Positions 9,729 to 18,355 of a stretch of 45,869 bases of DNA are shown piece by piece. Below the pieces are notes generated by a model. The model was not told where the DNA came from and ran no database searches. It saw nothing but the letters and a program-made list of their open reading frames with translations. Location of the stretch: the NCBI GenBank assembly GCA_964644705.1, contig CAZXYF010000001.1:1-45869 (forward strand). The letters are read 5' to 3'. Numbering within the stretch: the stretch's first letter is position 1; every line of letters starts with the position of its first letter. A program made the translations under genes and the position numbers. This DNA is from an uncultured candidatus Brocadiaceae bacterium. GTDB taxonomy: Bacteria; Planctomycetota; Brocadiia; SM23-32.

Positions 9729-10652
9729 TTATTTTGTGTTTTCAGGTGGATGGAGTTTCTTGGCGATAGCCCGGGCAAGTTCCGTTATGCGGGATCCCGG
9801 TATCAGCGCGTAGTCTTTGCTGATGACGTGGATGCGATCCCGTTTAACGGCGGGGAGAACCGACATCTGCGACCAGGTTCGACGGATGCGTTCACGTTTC
9901 GCGGGGCCCATCATTCCCTTTCCACGTAGCTCCAGAATAGCCTCAGGACGTCGTTCGGCCAGGATTTCCTTGTTGATTGTTCTATAATCCTCCGAGAGAT
10001 CACTGAACACATTCTTGCCGCCGGCGATTCGTAAAATGTCCGCCAGAAAGGTGTCCGGTCCAATGGTGGTGAGATTTTGCAGGCTGCCGGGGGCCCGCCC
10101 GATTACAACGAAAGTTTCTACGCGGGGGCGGGATTGCACTCGCGTATGGATTGCACGCAACCTGTTTTTGATCCGTTGTTTGAGTGCCTGAGCCCTACCG
10201 GGGCAGCCAAATACGTCGCCGAGTCGATCCAGGGCTGAATAGATGGCTTCGAGATCGGCGAGATTGAGTGTTATGCAGGGAATGTCTTTAGCCCTGGCAA
10301 ACGACTGCACCTTTTTGGCCAGCCCCTGGGTCACGATCAGATCCGGTTGCAGTTGGGCAATGCGCTCAAAATTGGGGTTTACAAACCCGCCGCATCGGGG
10401 CAGATCCTGCGCTTCGAGCGGAAAGACAGTATGGTGACTGACCCCCACGACCCGATTACCCGCCCCCAGGGCAAAGGTCCATTCCGTAACGGAGGGGGAC
10501 ATGCAGATGATGCGTTTTGGCCCTCTGCTGCTTCCCGCATCCTGTTCCGGGCCCTTCCTTTCAGCTTTTGGGCCAATGAGCAAAGACAGGCTTATACCGA
10601 GGGCCCCGGCCACAATCATCATAGCAACGGTTTTCCACGGGAGGTTCTTCAT
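9729..10652 (-). CDS. class III periplasmic substrate-binding protein (BtuF/FhuD-like)
   Basis: The ORF track extends to 10694. I prefer the ATG at 10650-10652 (MKNLPWKTVAMMIVAGALG), which follows GGGAGTGAGGGG and sits 4 nt after the stop of the upstream gene. ICMSPSVTEWTFALGAGNRVVGVS is typical of this family. Confidence 0.85.
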   Translation of the reverse strand: MKNLPWKTVAMMIVAGALGISLSLLIGPKAERKGPEQDAGSSRGPKRIICMSPSVTEWTFALGAGNRVVGVSHHTVFPLEAQDLPRCGGFVNPNFERIAQLQPDLIVTQGLAKKVQSFARAKDIPCITLNLADLEAIYSALDRLGDVFGCPGRAQALKQRIKNRLRAIHTRVQSRPRVETFVVIGRAPGSLQNLTTIGPDTFLADILRIAGGKNVFSDLSEDYRTINKEILAERRPEAILELRGKGMMGPAKRERIRRTWSQMSVLPAVKRDRIHVISKDYALIPGSRITELARAIAKKLHPPENTK

Positions 10653-10656
10653 CCCC

Positions 10657-12957
10657 TCACTCCCGCAGATCTTCATCGATGGCGTGAGCGGCATCTTTTC
10701 CGGCCCCCATGGCCTGGATGACCGTCGCCGCCCCCGTCACGATATCGCCGCCCGCATAGACTCTGTCCAGGCTGGTCCGGCCCGTCCCCGGTTCGGTGGC
10801 AATAGTTCCCCAGTCGGTGACTTCCAATCCGTCCGTTGTCTGAGGAATGAGGGGGTGGGGACGATTCCCAAAAGCGACGATAACCATATCGACATCCATT
10901 TCAAACTCAGAATCATCGATGGGAATGGGGCGGGGCCGTCCGTCGGACCCGGGTTCGCCCAGTTCCATATTGATGCATTCCATGCCCGTAACCCAGCGAT
11001 CCTCATCGCCCAGGATACGCGTTGGATTGGTCAACCATTTGAACTCGATGCCTTCCTCCACGGCATGTTCCAGTTCCGCGTCCCGCGCGGGAGATTCGTT
11101 TTCGGAGCGGCGATACACGATCGTCACTTCCTCGGCCCCGAGACGTTTGGCCGTGCGGGCGGAGTCCATGGCGACATTGCCTCCGCCCAGCACCGCAACG
11201 CGCGGTTTTATCATGACCGGCGTTTTATACTGATCATCGTAGGCTTTCATCAGATTGACCCGTGTGAGGTATTCGTTTGCACTGAATACGCCGTTCAAGT
11301 TTTCACCGGGAATGTTGGCCATCCGTGGTAGGCCCGCTCCTGACCCGATGAAGACCGCTTCGAACCCTTCGTCGAAGAGGTCGTCAATGGTGGCTGTCTT
11401 TCCAACCACAAAATTCAACCGCAATTCAGCTCCCAGAGATTTCACAAATTCCACTTCCTGAGAGACAATTTCTTTCGGGAGCCGGAATTCCGGGATGCCA
11501 TACGATAGAACGCCTCCCGGTTTATGCAGCGCCTCATGAATGACGGGTTTGTAGCCCAACCGGGCCAACTCGCCTGCTGCACTGAGTCCCGCGGGACCGC
11601 TTCCCACGATAGCTATGCTTTTGTTTTTAGTGGTGTCACAGACGGGTTGTTCCGACGGGCCGGACTCGCGATCATAATCGGCCACGAAACGTTCCAGGTT
11701 GCCGATGGCGACGGGGTCGCCTTTCCTTCCCACCACGCAGTTCGCCTCGCACTGTTCCTCCTGCGGGCACACCCGGCCGCAGACGGCCGGTAAGGCGTTA
11801 TCTTCTTTGATCAGTTCGGCGGCGCTGTGGAATTTCCGATCGGCGACTAACTGGATAAACTCGGGAATCTTTATCCCCACGGGGCAGCCGTCCACGCATT
11901 TGGGGTTCCTGCATTGCAGGCATCGTTCGGCCTCCATGACGGCCTGATCCTCTTCCAACCCCAGCGGCACTTCTTCAAAGTTGCGTATTCGACCCTCAGC
12001 CGGTTGTTGTGGCATCACCTGGCGGGGAATGTCCATGGCGGAATCGGCTTCACGTCCGGCTTCAAGTTGTGCCTCCATCAGATCGGTGTGTTGCCGATCA
12101 CATCCGTGAGCGGATTCATATTCAGGTATATCGCGTGCCTTCGGATCGTGCACGTACTGACCCAAACGCGCGGTCAATTCCTCGAAATCCACTTTATGGG
12201 CATCAAATTCGGGCCCATCCACACACGCAAACTTTGTTTCCCCGTCCACCGTGACACGGCATCCTCCGCACATTCCTGTCCCGTCAAGCATGATGGGATT
12301 CAGGCTCACGATGGTTTTTATACCATCCGGACGGGTTAGATTCCCGACCGCTTTCATCAGCGGGACGGGGCCCACGGCATATACGCCGTCAATATCGCTA
12401 TCAGCACCGATGATGTCTTCCAGAACTTCCGTTGGAAACCCCGGGTGTCCTCGCGAGCCGTCATCCGTGGCTATTTTGAGCTCATCACAGGCTTCCTGCA
12501 GCTCATCTTCCAGGATGAGCCTGTCGGCCGTTCGGGCGCTGATAATGCCGGTAACGTGGTTGGAGAGGGGGTGGAGTGCCTTAGCGAGCGGCAGAATGAG
12601 AGCGATCCCCAGGCCACCTCCCAGACACACCACATGCTCGTATTCATGCAGTTCAGTGGGATTCCCCAGCGGCCCAACCACATCCGGTATTTCATCGCCG
12701 GGTTCAAATTCCGCGAGATGTTCCGATGTTTCACCGACAACCTGATAAACGACGGTGATCGTCAGGTTGTCCCGGTCCGCTCCGGCGATAGTCAACGGTA
12801 CTCTTTCGCCCGTTTCACTCAGACGCAAAACGACGAACTGACCGGGGCGTCGTTTCTGGCATATGCGGGGGGCATGAATACGGATACGATAAACATCGGC
12901 GGCGAGCTGTTCCTTCGTCACAATTTCATACATCTGTGCCATCGTACATTCCACCAT
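10657..12957 (-). CDS. fused NfnA/NfnB-like (SudB-SudA, PyrK-like + GltD-like) iron-sulfur flavoprotein
   Basis: 766-aa ORF. The N-terminal ~280 aa form a ferredoxin-NADP reductase/PyrK-like module with a 2Fe-2S site (DGTGMCGGCRV...FACVDGP). The C-terminal ~470 aa form a GltD/NfnB-like module with Cys clusters (CLQCRNPKCVDGCP, CGRVCPQEEQCEANC) and two dinucleotide folds (IAIVGSGPAGLSAA, VAVLGGGNVAMDSA). The true start may be the ATG at 12939, which follows GGTGGA. Confidence 0.85.
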   Translation of the reverse strand: MVECTMAQMYEIVTKEQLAADVYRIRIHAPRICQKRRPGQFVVLRLSETGERVPLTIAGADRDNLTITVVYQVVGETSEHLAEFEPGDEIPDVVGPLGNPTELHEYEHVVCLGGGLGIALILPLAKALHPLSNHVTGIISARTADRLILEDELQEACDELKIATDDGSRGHPGFPTEVLEDIIGADSDIDGVYAVGPVPLMKAVGNLTRPDGIKTIVSLNPIMLDGTGMCGGCRVTVDGETKFACVDGPEFDAHKVDFEELTARLGQYVHDPKARDIPEYESAHGCDRQHTDLMEAQLEAGREADSAMDIPRQVMPQQPAEGRIRNFEEVPLGLEEDQAVMEAERCLQCRNPKCVDGCPVGIKIPEFIQLVADRKFHSAAELIKEDNALPAVCGRVCPQEEQCEANCVVGRKGDPVAIGNLERFVADYDRESGPSEQPVCDTTKNKSIAIVGSGPAGLSAAGELARLGYKPVIHEALHKPGGVLSYGIPEFRLPKEIVSQEVEFVKSLGAELRLNFVVGKTATIDDLFDEGFEAVFIGSGAGLPRMANIPGENLNGVFSANEYLTRVNLMKAYDDQYKTPVMIKPRVAVLGGGNVAMDSARTAKRLGAEEVTIVYRRSENESPARDAELEHAVEEGIEFKWLTNPTRILGDEDRWVTGMECINMELGEPGSDGRPRPIPIDDSEFEMDVDMVIVAFGNRPHPLIPQTTDGLEVTDWGTIATEPGTGRTSLDRVYAGGDIVTGAATVIQAMGAGKDAAHAIDEDLRE

Positions 12958-13003
12958 GCTACGGAGTTAAAGTCTGATCAGACTGAACATTATCATGCGG
13001 ACA

Positions 13004-13933
13004 CTATGAAGCATACAGATCCCCATCCCCGTCGCTCGCTGGCTCAAGATGCACTATTGCATCGATAACGTCGGGCCCCTCATCCAAAAGACGCTGTTTG
13101 ACGGTTTCGGCGATTTCATGGCCGCGTGCCACGGGCAATTCATCATCGACGAGAACGTGTAATGTCACAATGATGTGTCCTGCCAGGTATCGCGTTCGTA
13201 CTCCGTGCACCTCATTCACGCCGGATGTCTGGCGAGCAATCTCTCGGATGGCCTCCAGCTCCCGTTCGCTGGCTCCAGCGTCCATGAGCTCCTTCAGAGC
13301 CGGCCAGACCACCGTCCAGCCGGACCACAGGATAAAAATAGATACGAACATGCCAGCCAGGTGATCCAGGAAGGCCCATTCCGGTAGCAGACGGGCAACC
13401 AGAACCGCCACAGCCACGGGCACGGAACTCAGGGCGTCCGTCCGGTGATGCAGGGCGTTAGCGACGACGGCCGAAGATTGAATGCGTTTCCCAACCTTCC
13501 GAGTCCATACGTAAAGCCCTTCTTTGCTGACGATGGACAGAACGGCCGCAGCCAGCGGAATCCAGCCGGGGGCCGTGTGATGGGGAATCTGCAGCGTTGA
13601 CAGAGCATGATATGCAATACCGGCTCCCGCTGCAAGCAGGGCTACGCCTATCCCCGTCGTGACCAGTGTTTCGATACGCTGGTGACCGTAGGGGTGGGAG
13701 GAATCGGGCGGTTTTGACCAGTATTGTGACCCCAGAAGGATTGAAACATCCGTTCCGGTATCGGACAGGCTGTGCACGCCATCGGCAAGAACCGCCTGGC
13801 TGTGACCGAGAGCCCCCGCCGCTATTTTTATCCCCGACAGTAGCAGGTTGGCACACAATCCCCACAGAGTAATCCGCCGGGTGTCTTCAATAACGGAATT
13901 GTCGGTATGTGGTGAACGCATGACTTGTCCCAT
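13004..13933 (-). CDS. cation diffusion facilitator (CDF) family metal efflux transporter
   Basis: Six predicted TM helices. Metal-site motifs HSQAVLADGVHSLSD and HHRTDALSS. C-terminal cytoplasmic domain present. The ORF opens at TTG 13945; the first ATG is at 13933, so the start is uncertain. Confidence 0.88.
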   Translation of the reverse strand: MGQVMRSPHTDNSVIEDTRRITLWGLCANLLLSGIKIAAGALGHSQAVLADGVHSLSDTGTDVSILLGSQYWSKPPDSSHPYGHQRIETLVTTGIGVALLAAGAGIAYHALSTLQIPHHTAPGWIPLAAAVLSIVSKEGLYVWTRKVGKRIQSSAVVANALHHRTDALSSVPVAVAVLVARLLPEWAFLDHLAGMFVSIFILWSGWTVVWPALKELMDAGASERELEAIREIARQTSGVNEVHGVRTRYLAGHIIVTLHVLVDDELPVARGHEIAETVKQRLLDEGPDVIDAIVHLEPASDGDGDLYAS

Positions 13934-13983
13934 GACATCCAGCAAGAAATATGACTGGCAACCCCAAAAATGGACGAGTGTGT

Positions 13984-14012
13984 ATTGTAAGACTCAGAGC
14001 ACACCGCGACAA
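13984..14012 (-). promoter_or_regulatory. possible sigma70-type promoter for the CDF gene (TTGTCG-N17-TACAAT)
   Basis: The minus strand reads TTGTCG (14012-14007), a 17-nt spacer, then TACAAT (13989-13984). The -35 overlaps an imperfect inverted repeat at 14009-14052. Confidence 0.3.
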
Positions 14013-14601
14013 CAGGACAACACAGCATAGGAATTGGGTTGTGTTGCGTTGTGCCGCCGGTCTTGATCCCCCGTCATGTAAAAGACTGATTGTGTCCTTT
14101 CACAATCCGCTTCTTGCAATCGTAGTTTTTTGCATGGCACCACGCGTGTGAGAATGGCTCAATCCATTTTGACGTTTGAGATCTCTCGTATTATTTACTG
14201 TTGAAGCTCCGAGAATTATATGCCGGGCCTTCAACCCTGTGGAATTGTTTCAGAGCCAACGGCCGGGCATATATTTGCCCAGACAGCACTGGCCTGCAGG
14301 TCCACGGAGGTCTGGATTGCGGGTTAGTAACAAAGAGGTGGAGGGTCGAAAGCCCAGCATATACTGGTACGTATGGCGGGCCTAACAGCCTAAAATGCCT
14401 CTGTTAAAATATGTTCGGCGGCGCGGGCAAAGAGCCATGTATTTCAAATCGCTGTTTTGGGTAGGCCTGGATTGGCCGCTTATGGCTCCGCGTGTTGTCG
14501 GGCATATTTGGAAAAGTTGCCGTTGAATCGGTAATTTCGCAGATATCCGCCCGCGGCGATGTCGGAATGATTGGGATCTTCCCCGTGGAAACCCCTGGAC
14601 T

Positions 14602-15483
14602 TCACCTTTTTCCGAGAAACCCATCGTGCGGAACCGTCATAAGCCCAGGCGTTGACCCCCTCCGCGCCATGGGATGTGTTGTATGGGTACTGCAGCTCAC
14701 CGTCAGGTATCTCCTGCAGGGCGAGGCCCCGTCGTTCATGTATTCAATGGGGTCGCACTGCGCGCAGGAGAATAGAAATGGCGAGACGTCGTTTGACTGC
14801 CAATTCCGGGCATAGGTGTTCAACTGCGGTCGGTAGTTCAAGTCGTCATCCCCGGTGTACATGAGAGTCGACACGCCGAGGTGAGCTTCACCGTTGTTGG
14901 ACTCATACGGTGCTCCCTGATGGTATAAGCTTGGACCCCACTCGTCGCCGTTGGTGAGGCATTCCCACAACGGCAGATCACCGCCTTCGGATGAATCGTG
15001 GCCGCATGTATAGGAGTAATCGTCCCAGTACCACGTCCACCTGGCCTCGGGGATATCCCCGAAGTATTGCCCGTGACACCGCTGGAACGAGGGGCAGTAG
15101 AGCAGCGAGGGATCGTCCACATATCCCCGGATGCCAAGGGTGGCGAAGGGATGCATGTCGTTGTGTGTCCGACTCACCATCAACCCGTTATAAGGCCTCC
15201 CACTGGAGGGTCTTGCGCCGACGTAGTCGTCCATGGGTTGTTGGGGATCGTCGATGCCGCCGGCTTTTCGGATGTAATCATTCATCCAGCGGGGCACATT
15301 GCCGTCAGTGTCGTGCGCGAACATGGTGAGATCAAGACCGAGCTGTCTGTGCTGGCTGAGGCAGGAGATCCGGCGGGCCTGCTCTCGTGCCGATTCCAGC
15401 GCAGGCAGGAGCATTGCCGCCAGGACGGAGATAATAGCGATGACCACAAGCAGTTCGATCAGGGTGAAATCATTGCGTTTCAT
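14602..15483 (-). CDS. prepilin-type N-terminal cleavage/methylation domain protein, apparently frameshifted (the H-X9-DG tail lies in the -1 frame down to 14480)
   Basis: ATG at 15481-15483 follows GAGGG. The N-terminus is [29 protein letters not shown]. The annotated frame ends in the atypical ...[11 protein letters not shown]. The -1 frame from about 14743 to 14480 encodes [19 protein letters not shown], the family signature. Confidence 0.75.
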   Translation of the reverse strand: MKRNDFTLIELLVVIAIISVLAAMLLPALESAREQARRISCLSQHRQLGLDLTMFAHDTDGNVPRWMNDYIRKAGGIDDPQQPMDDYVGARPSSGRPYNGLMVSRTHNDMHPFATLGIRGYVDDPSLLYCPSFQRCHGQYFGDIPEARWTWYWDDYSYTCGHDSSEGGDLPLWECLTNGDEWGPSLYHQGAPYESNNGEAHLGVSTLMYTGDDDLNYRPQLNTYARNWQSNDVSPFLFSCAQCDPIEYMNDGASPCRRYLTVSCSTHTTHPMARRGSTPGLMTVPHDGFLGKR

Positions 15484-15747
15484 TGACCCAACCCTCGGTA
15501 TATAGGAGGAGAACAACGCTTATTAGTCAGAGAATACCGTATGGATAAGGTTTCGGCAAACCTCGTTACGTTTTTGTGCCGTGCATTGGGGTAAGTTGTG
15601 TTTCCCCCTACACGAAGGCTCTACGACAAAACGGGACATCTCCAGCGTTCGTCCGGGGAAAATTCGCGTCGTTTACACAAGGGTTCGGGTATTGCTCGCA
15701 AGCAATTTGTGCTTTATTTCCACCCCACAGTGGACGGACGAGCAGTA

Positions 15748-16482
15748 TCAGTAGGCATACAGGCGCCCATAGGGGCGGGCGGTTACGGGAATGAGTTTGG
15801 TGAACTGGTCGGGGGCGAACTGGTTCTCATCCTCTCCGAACTCGTTACAGAATTCGGCGATGAGCGGTTGCAGGCGTTCCCAGTCATCATCCTCCATATC
15901 CGGCAGTCCCACCTCGGCGCCGGTTTGCCACGGTTCCAGCTCCCCGCGGATATAGATCGTGCCGCCGTGCATGCCGGTGCCCACGTACTCGTTGACCGGG
16001 GCAACGCCGTCGTGACCTATCCCCAGCACCACCATGATGCCGCCGGCCATGTATTCTCCCAGATAATCGTCCGCCGTCCCGCCCACGACCACTTCTGGCA
16101 TCTTCTCCTGGTAGGCCTTCATGTGAATACCGGCCCGGTATCCCACGTTATCGCGGATGAACACCTTTCCGCCACGTTGACTGTAGCCCATAATGTCGCC
16201 GGCACTTCCATGCACGACGATTTTCCCGGCGTTCATGGTGTTCGCCATGGCCGCCTGGGCGTTGCCGTTCACCGTGATATCCGCGCCATTCATCAGGGCC
16301 GCAAGATCGGCCCCGGCGGTCCCATTGATGGTTATATGAACGGGGTTCTGCAAACCGGTGCCGATGTATCGGTGGCCCATCACGTTGTCCAGCACGACTT
16401 CCTTTTCGCCATCGGCGATCACAGCATTGATCTTTTCGTTCAATGCGCGGTAATGAACGTCTTCAGCATCTATAGTTGTCAT
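15748..16482 (-). CDS. glutamate synthase GXGXG-repeat domain protein (GltB C-terminal domain-like)
   Basis: 244-aa ORF with the repeated beta-helix pattern ITINGTAGADLAALMNGADITVNGNAQAAMANTMNAGKIVVHGSAGDIMGYSQRGGKVFIRDNVGYRAG. Confidence 0.9.
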   Translation of the reverse strand: MTTIDAEDVHYRALNEKINAVIADGEKEVVLDNVMGHRYIGTGLQNPVHITINGTAGADLAALMNGADITVNGNAQAAMANTMNAGKIVVHGSAGDIMGYSQRGGKVFIRDNVGYRAGIHMKAYQEKMPEVVVGGTADDYLGEYMAGGIMVVLGIGHDGVAPVNEYVGTGMHGGTIYIRGELEPWQTGAEVGLPDMEDDDWERLQPLIAEFCNEFGEDENQFAPDQFTKLIPVTARPYGRLYAY

Positions 16483-16517
16483 TGTTAGTTCTCCTGTTGT
16501 TTTTCAGGGCCACTCGC

Positions 16518-17810
16518 TCACACTTCGAGTGGCTGGCCGCTCACCACTTTTTCGCGGTAATCTTCGGGAAGCGCGATCAAACCAAAATCGTCGGTCAGCA
16601 ACCGATCTTTGAAATCGGTAACGTCGATCTGCTGCCGGGCCAGCCCGGTGATAATACCCGCCCGGTCGATGTCACCGATGAATATCGCACCCACGATACG
16701 GTTATCGCGCAGTACAATTTTGCGGTAGATCGGTTTTTCAGTATCCATGTCCGTCATGATTTCGTAGTTTTCGGGATCGTCCGGCGCCGTGACTCCGATG
16801 CTTATTGTGGGGAGTCCGAACACATCCACGGAATTCATAGCCAGCCCGCCTTCGTACTCCCGGGATCCGTCCGCCATATTCATTCCCGCAATCAGACCCT
16901 GGCGGTAGGCGTTGGGCAGGATGGGAATGGCGCGTTTTTCACCGGAGAACAGTTCCCGCGCCTGGGCGACGTCCCCGGCGGCATATACGTCATCAAGTGA
17001 ACTCTCCATGCGGTCATCCACGATGATTCCGCGATCAACTTCAGCCTCAGTTCCCTCCAGAAGATCCGTGTTGGGCAGAACGCCGATGGCGAAAATCACC
17101 AGAGAACAGGGGACATCCGTTCCGCACCGGAGGGTGGCTCCGTCCACTTTCCCGTTTTTCTGATTGATGCTCTGGACGGTTGTTGAACACCGAACGTCAA
17201 CCCCGGCGGCCTCCATTGCCTCCTGTGCCATCTCCGAAGCGGTTTCATCAAAGGTGGAGTTCAGCACCTGATCTGCCAGCTCCACCAGCGTCGTGTGGAT
17301 GTCCCTGTTGACCAGGGCTTCCATTGACTTCAGCCCGATGAGACCGCCGCCGACAACCACGGCGTTTTCCACCCCTTCAGCTTCGATGAACTCCTCAATC
17401 TCGTTCGCGTCTTCCCAGGTGGTGAAGGTGAAGACGCCATTTGCATCCATTCCTTCCACTTTCGGCGGAAGAATCGGGCTTCCACCGGTGGCAACGAGCA
17501 GATTTTCATACGCCAGTTCTTCACCGGTGTCGGTTCCCACGATTTTTCTGTCCGAATCCACATCCTCGGCGGTGACACCCAGAAGGGGGGTGACGTTGTT
17601 TTTTTTATAAAAATTCTCGGGGCGATACATCATCTGTTCCTCGTCCACTTCCCCGGCGAGCAGGTAGGAAATGAGCGGACGAGAGTAGGTGTGGTGGGGT
17701 TCCCGTGCCACGACGGTGATGGGGCGGTCGGGGTCGTTGCGTCGTATTCCCTCCACCGCCCCCATGGCGGCGGCGGAATTACCGATGATAAGGTATGGAA
17801 TGCGGTTCAT
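16518..17810 (-). CDS. FAD/NAD(P)-dependent pyridine nucleotide-disulfide-family oxidoreductase
   Basis: 430-aa ORF with an N-terminal FAD fold (YLIIGNSAAAMGAVEG), a second dinucleotide fold (AVVVGGGLIGLKSMEA) and the AAGDVA motif. There is no obvious redox-active Cys pair. Confidence 0.88.
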   Translation of the reverse strand: MNRIPYLIIGNSAAAMGAVEGIRRNDPDRPITVVAREPHHTYSRPLISYLLAGEVDEEQMMYRPENFYKKNNVTPLLGVTAEDVDSDRKIVGTDTGEELAYENLLVATGGSPILPPKVEGMDANGVFTFTTWEDANEIEEFIEAEGVENAVVVGGGLIGLKSMEALVNRDIHTTLVELADQVLNSTFDETASEMAQEAMEAAGVDVRCSTTVQSINQKNGKVDGATLRCGTDVPCSLVIFAIGVLPNTDLLEGTEAEVDRGIIVDDRMESSLDDVYAAGDVAQARELFSGEKRAIPILPNAYRQGLIAGMNMADGSREYEGGLAMNSVDVFGLPTISIGVTAPDDPENYEIMTDMDTEKPIYRKIVLRDNRIVGAIFIGDIDRAGIITGLARQQIDVTDFKDRLLTDDFGLIALPEDYREKVVSGQPLEV

Positions 17811-17867
17811 TGTTCTCCTCGCAATCTTTGATGTTTTGATTGATTGACCGTTTTGGTTGGGGCGTCG

Positions 17868-18326
17868 TTATTCATCGGATGCCTCCTCATCGATTTCCTC
17901 CAGAACAATCGCCTTATTCGGGCAGTTCGCGACGCAGGCCGGGAATTCCTCGTCGATGCACAGGTCACACTTTGAGGCGGCCGTATCGTCGTTGCCGCGA
18001 TGAATGGCGCCTGCGGGGCAGACCATGATGCACATCCAGCATCCGACGCATTTGTCCTCATCGTTCAGCACGGCGCCGGTTTCGGGGTCGCGATGCATGG
18101 CCCCGGTCATGCAGGCTTCAATGCATGGGGCGTCCTTGCAGTGGCGGCACTGAAGCGCGAACGAGACATACCCGGATTCCTCCACCTGAACGCGGGGCGA
18201 GAGGTCCTCCTTTTCCTCCCGGAATGCTTTGATGATATGTTTGGATTCAGAGTGCTGGACCTGGCAGTGAATCTCACAGAGTTTGCATCCGATACAGTAT
18301 TTTTCTCTGGCCACAATCTTTTTCAT
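17868..18326 (-). CDS. multi-cluster 4Fe-4S ferredoxin-domain protein
   Basis: 152-aa ORF with four Cys groups: CIGCKLCEIHC, CRHCKDAPCIEAC, CVGCWMCIMVC and CDLC..C...C. Confidence 0.9.
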   Translation of the reverse strand: MKKIVAREKYCIGCKLCEIHCQVQHSESKHIIKAFREEKEDLSPRVQVEESGYVSFALQCRHCKDAPCIEACMTGAMHRDPETGAVLNDEDKCVGCWMCIMVCPAGAIHRGNDDTAASKCDLCIDEEFPACVANCPNKAIVLEEIDEEASDE

Positions 18327-18355
18327 TGTGTCGTCCTCTATTGAAAATTTATGTT

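Noticed and set aside
10652-10700. Cobalamin riboswitch or Fur box in front of the BtuF/FhuD-type importer
   Set aside because: The binding-protein gene starts 4 nt after the stop of the upstream Nfn-like gene, so there is no non-coding space for such an element.
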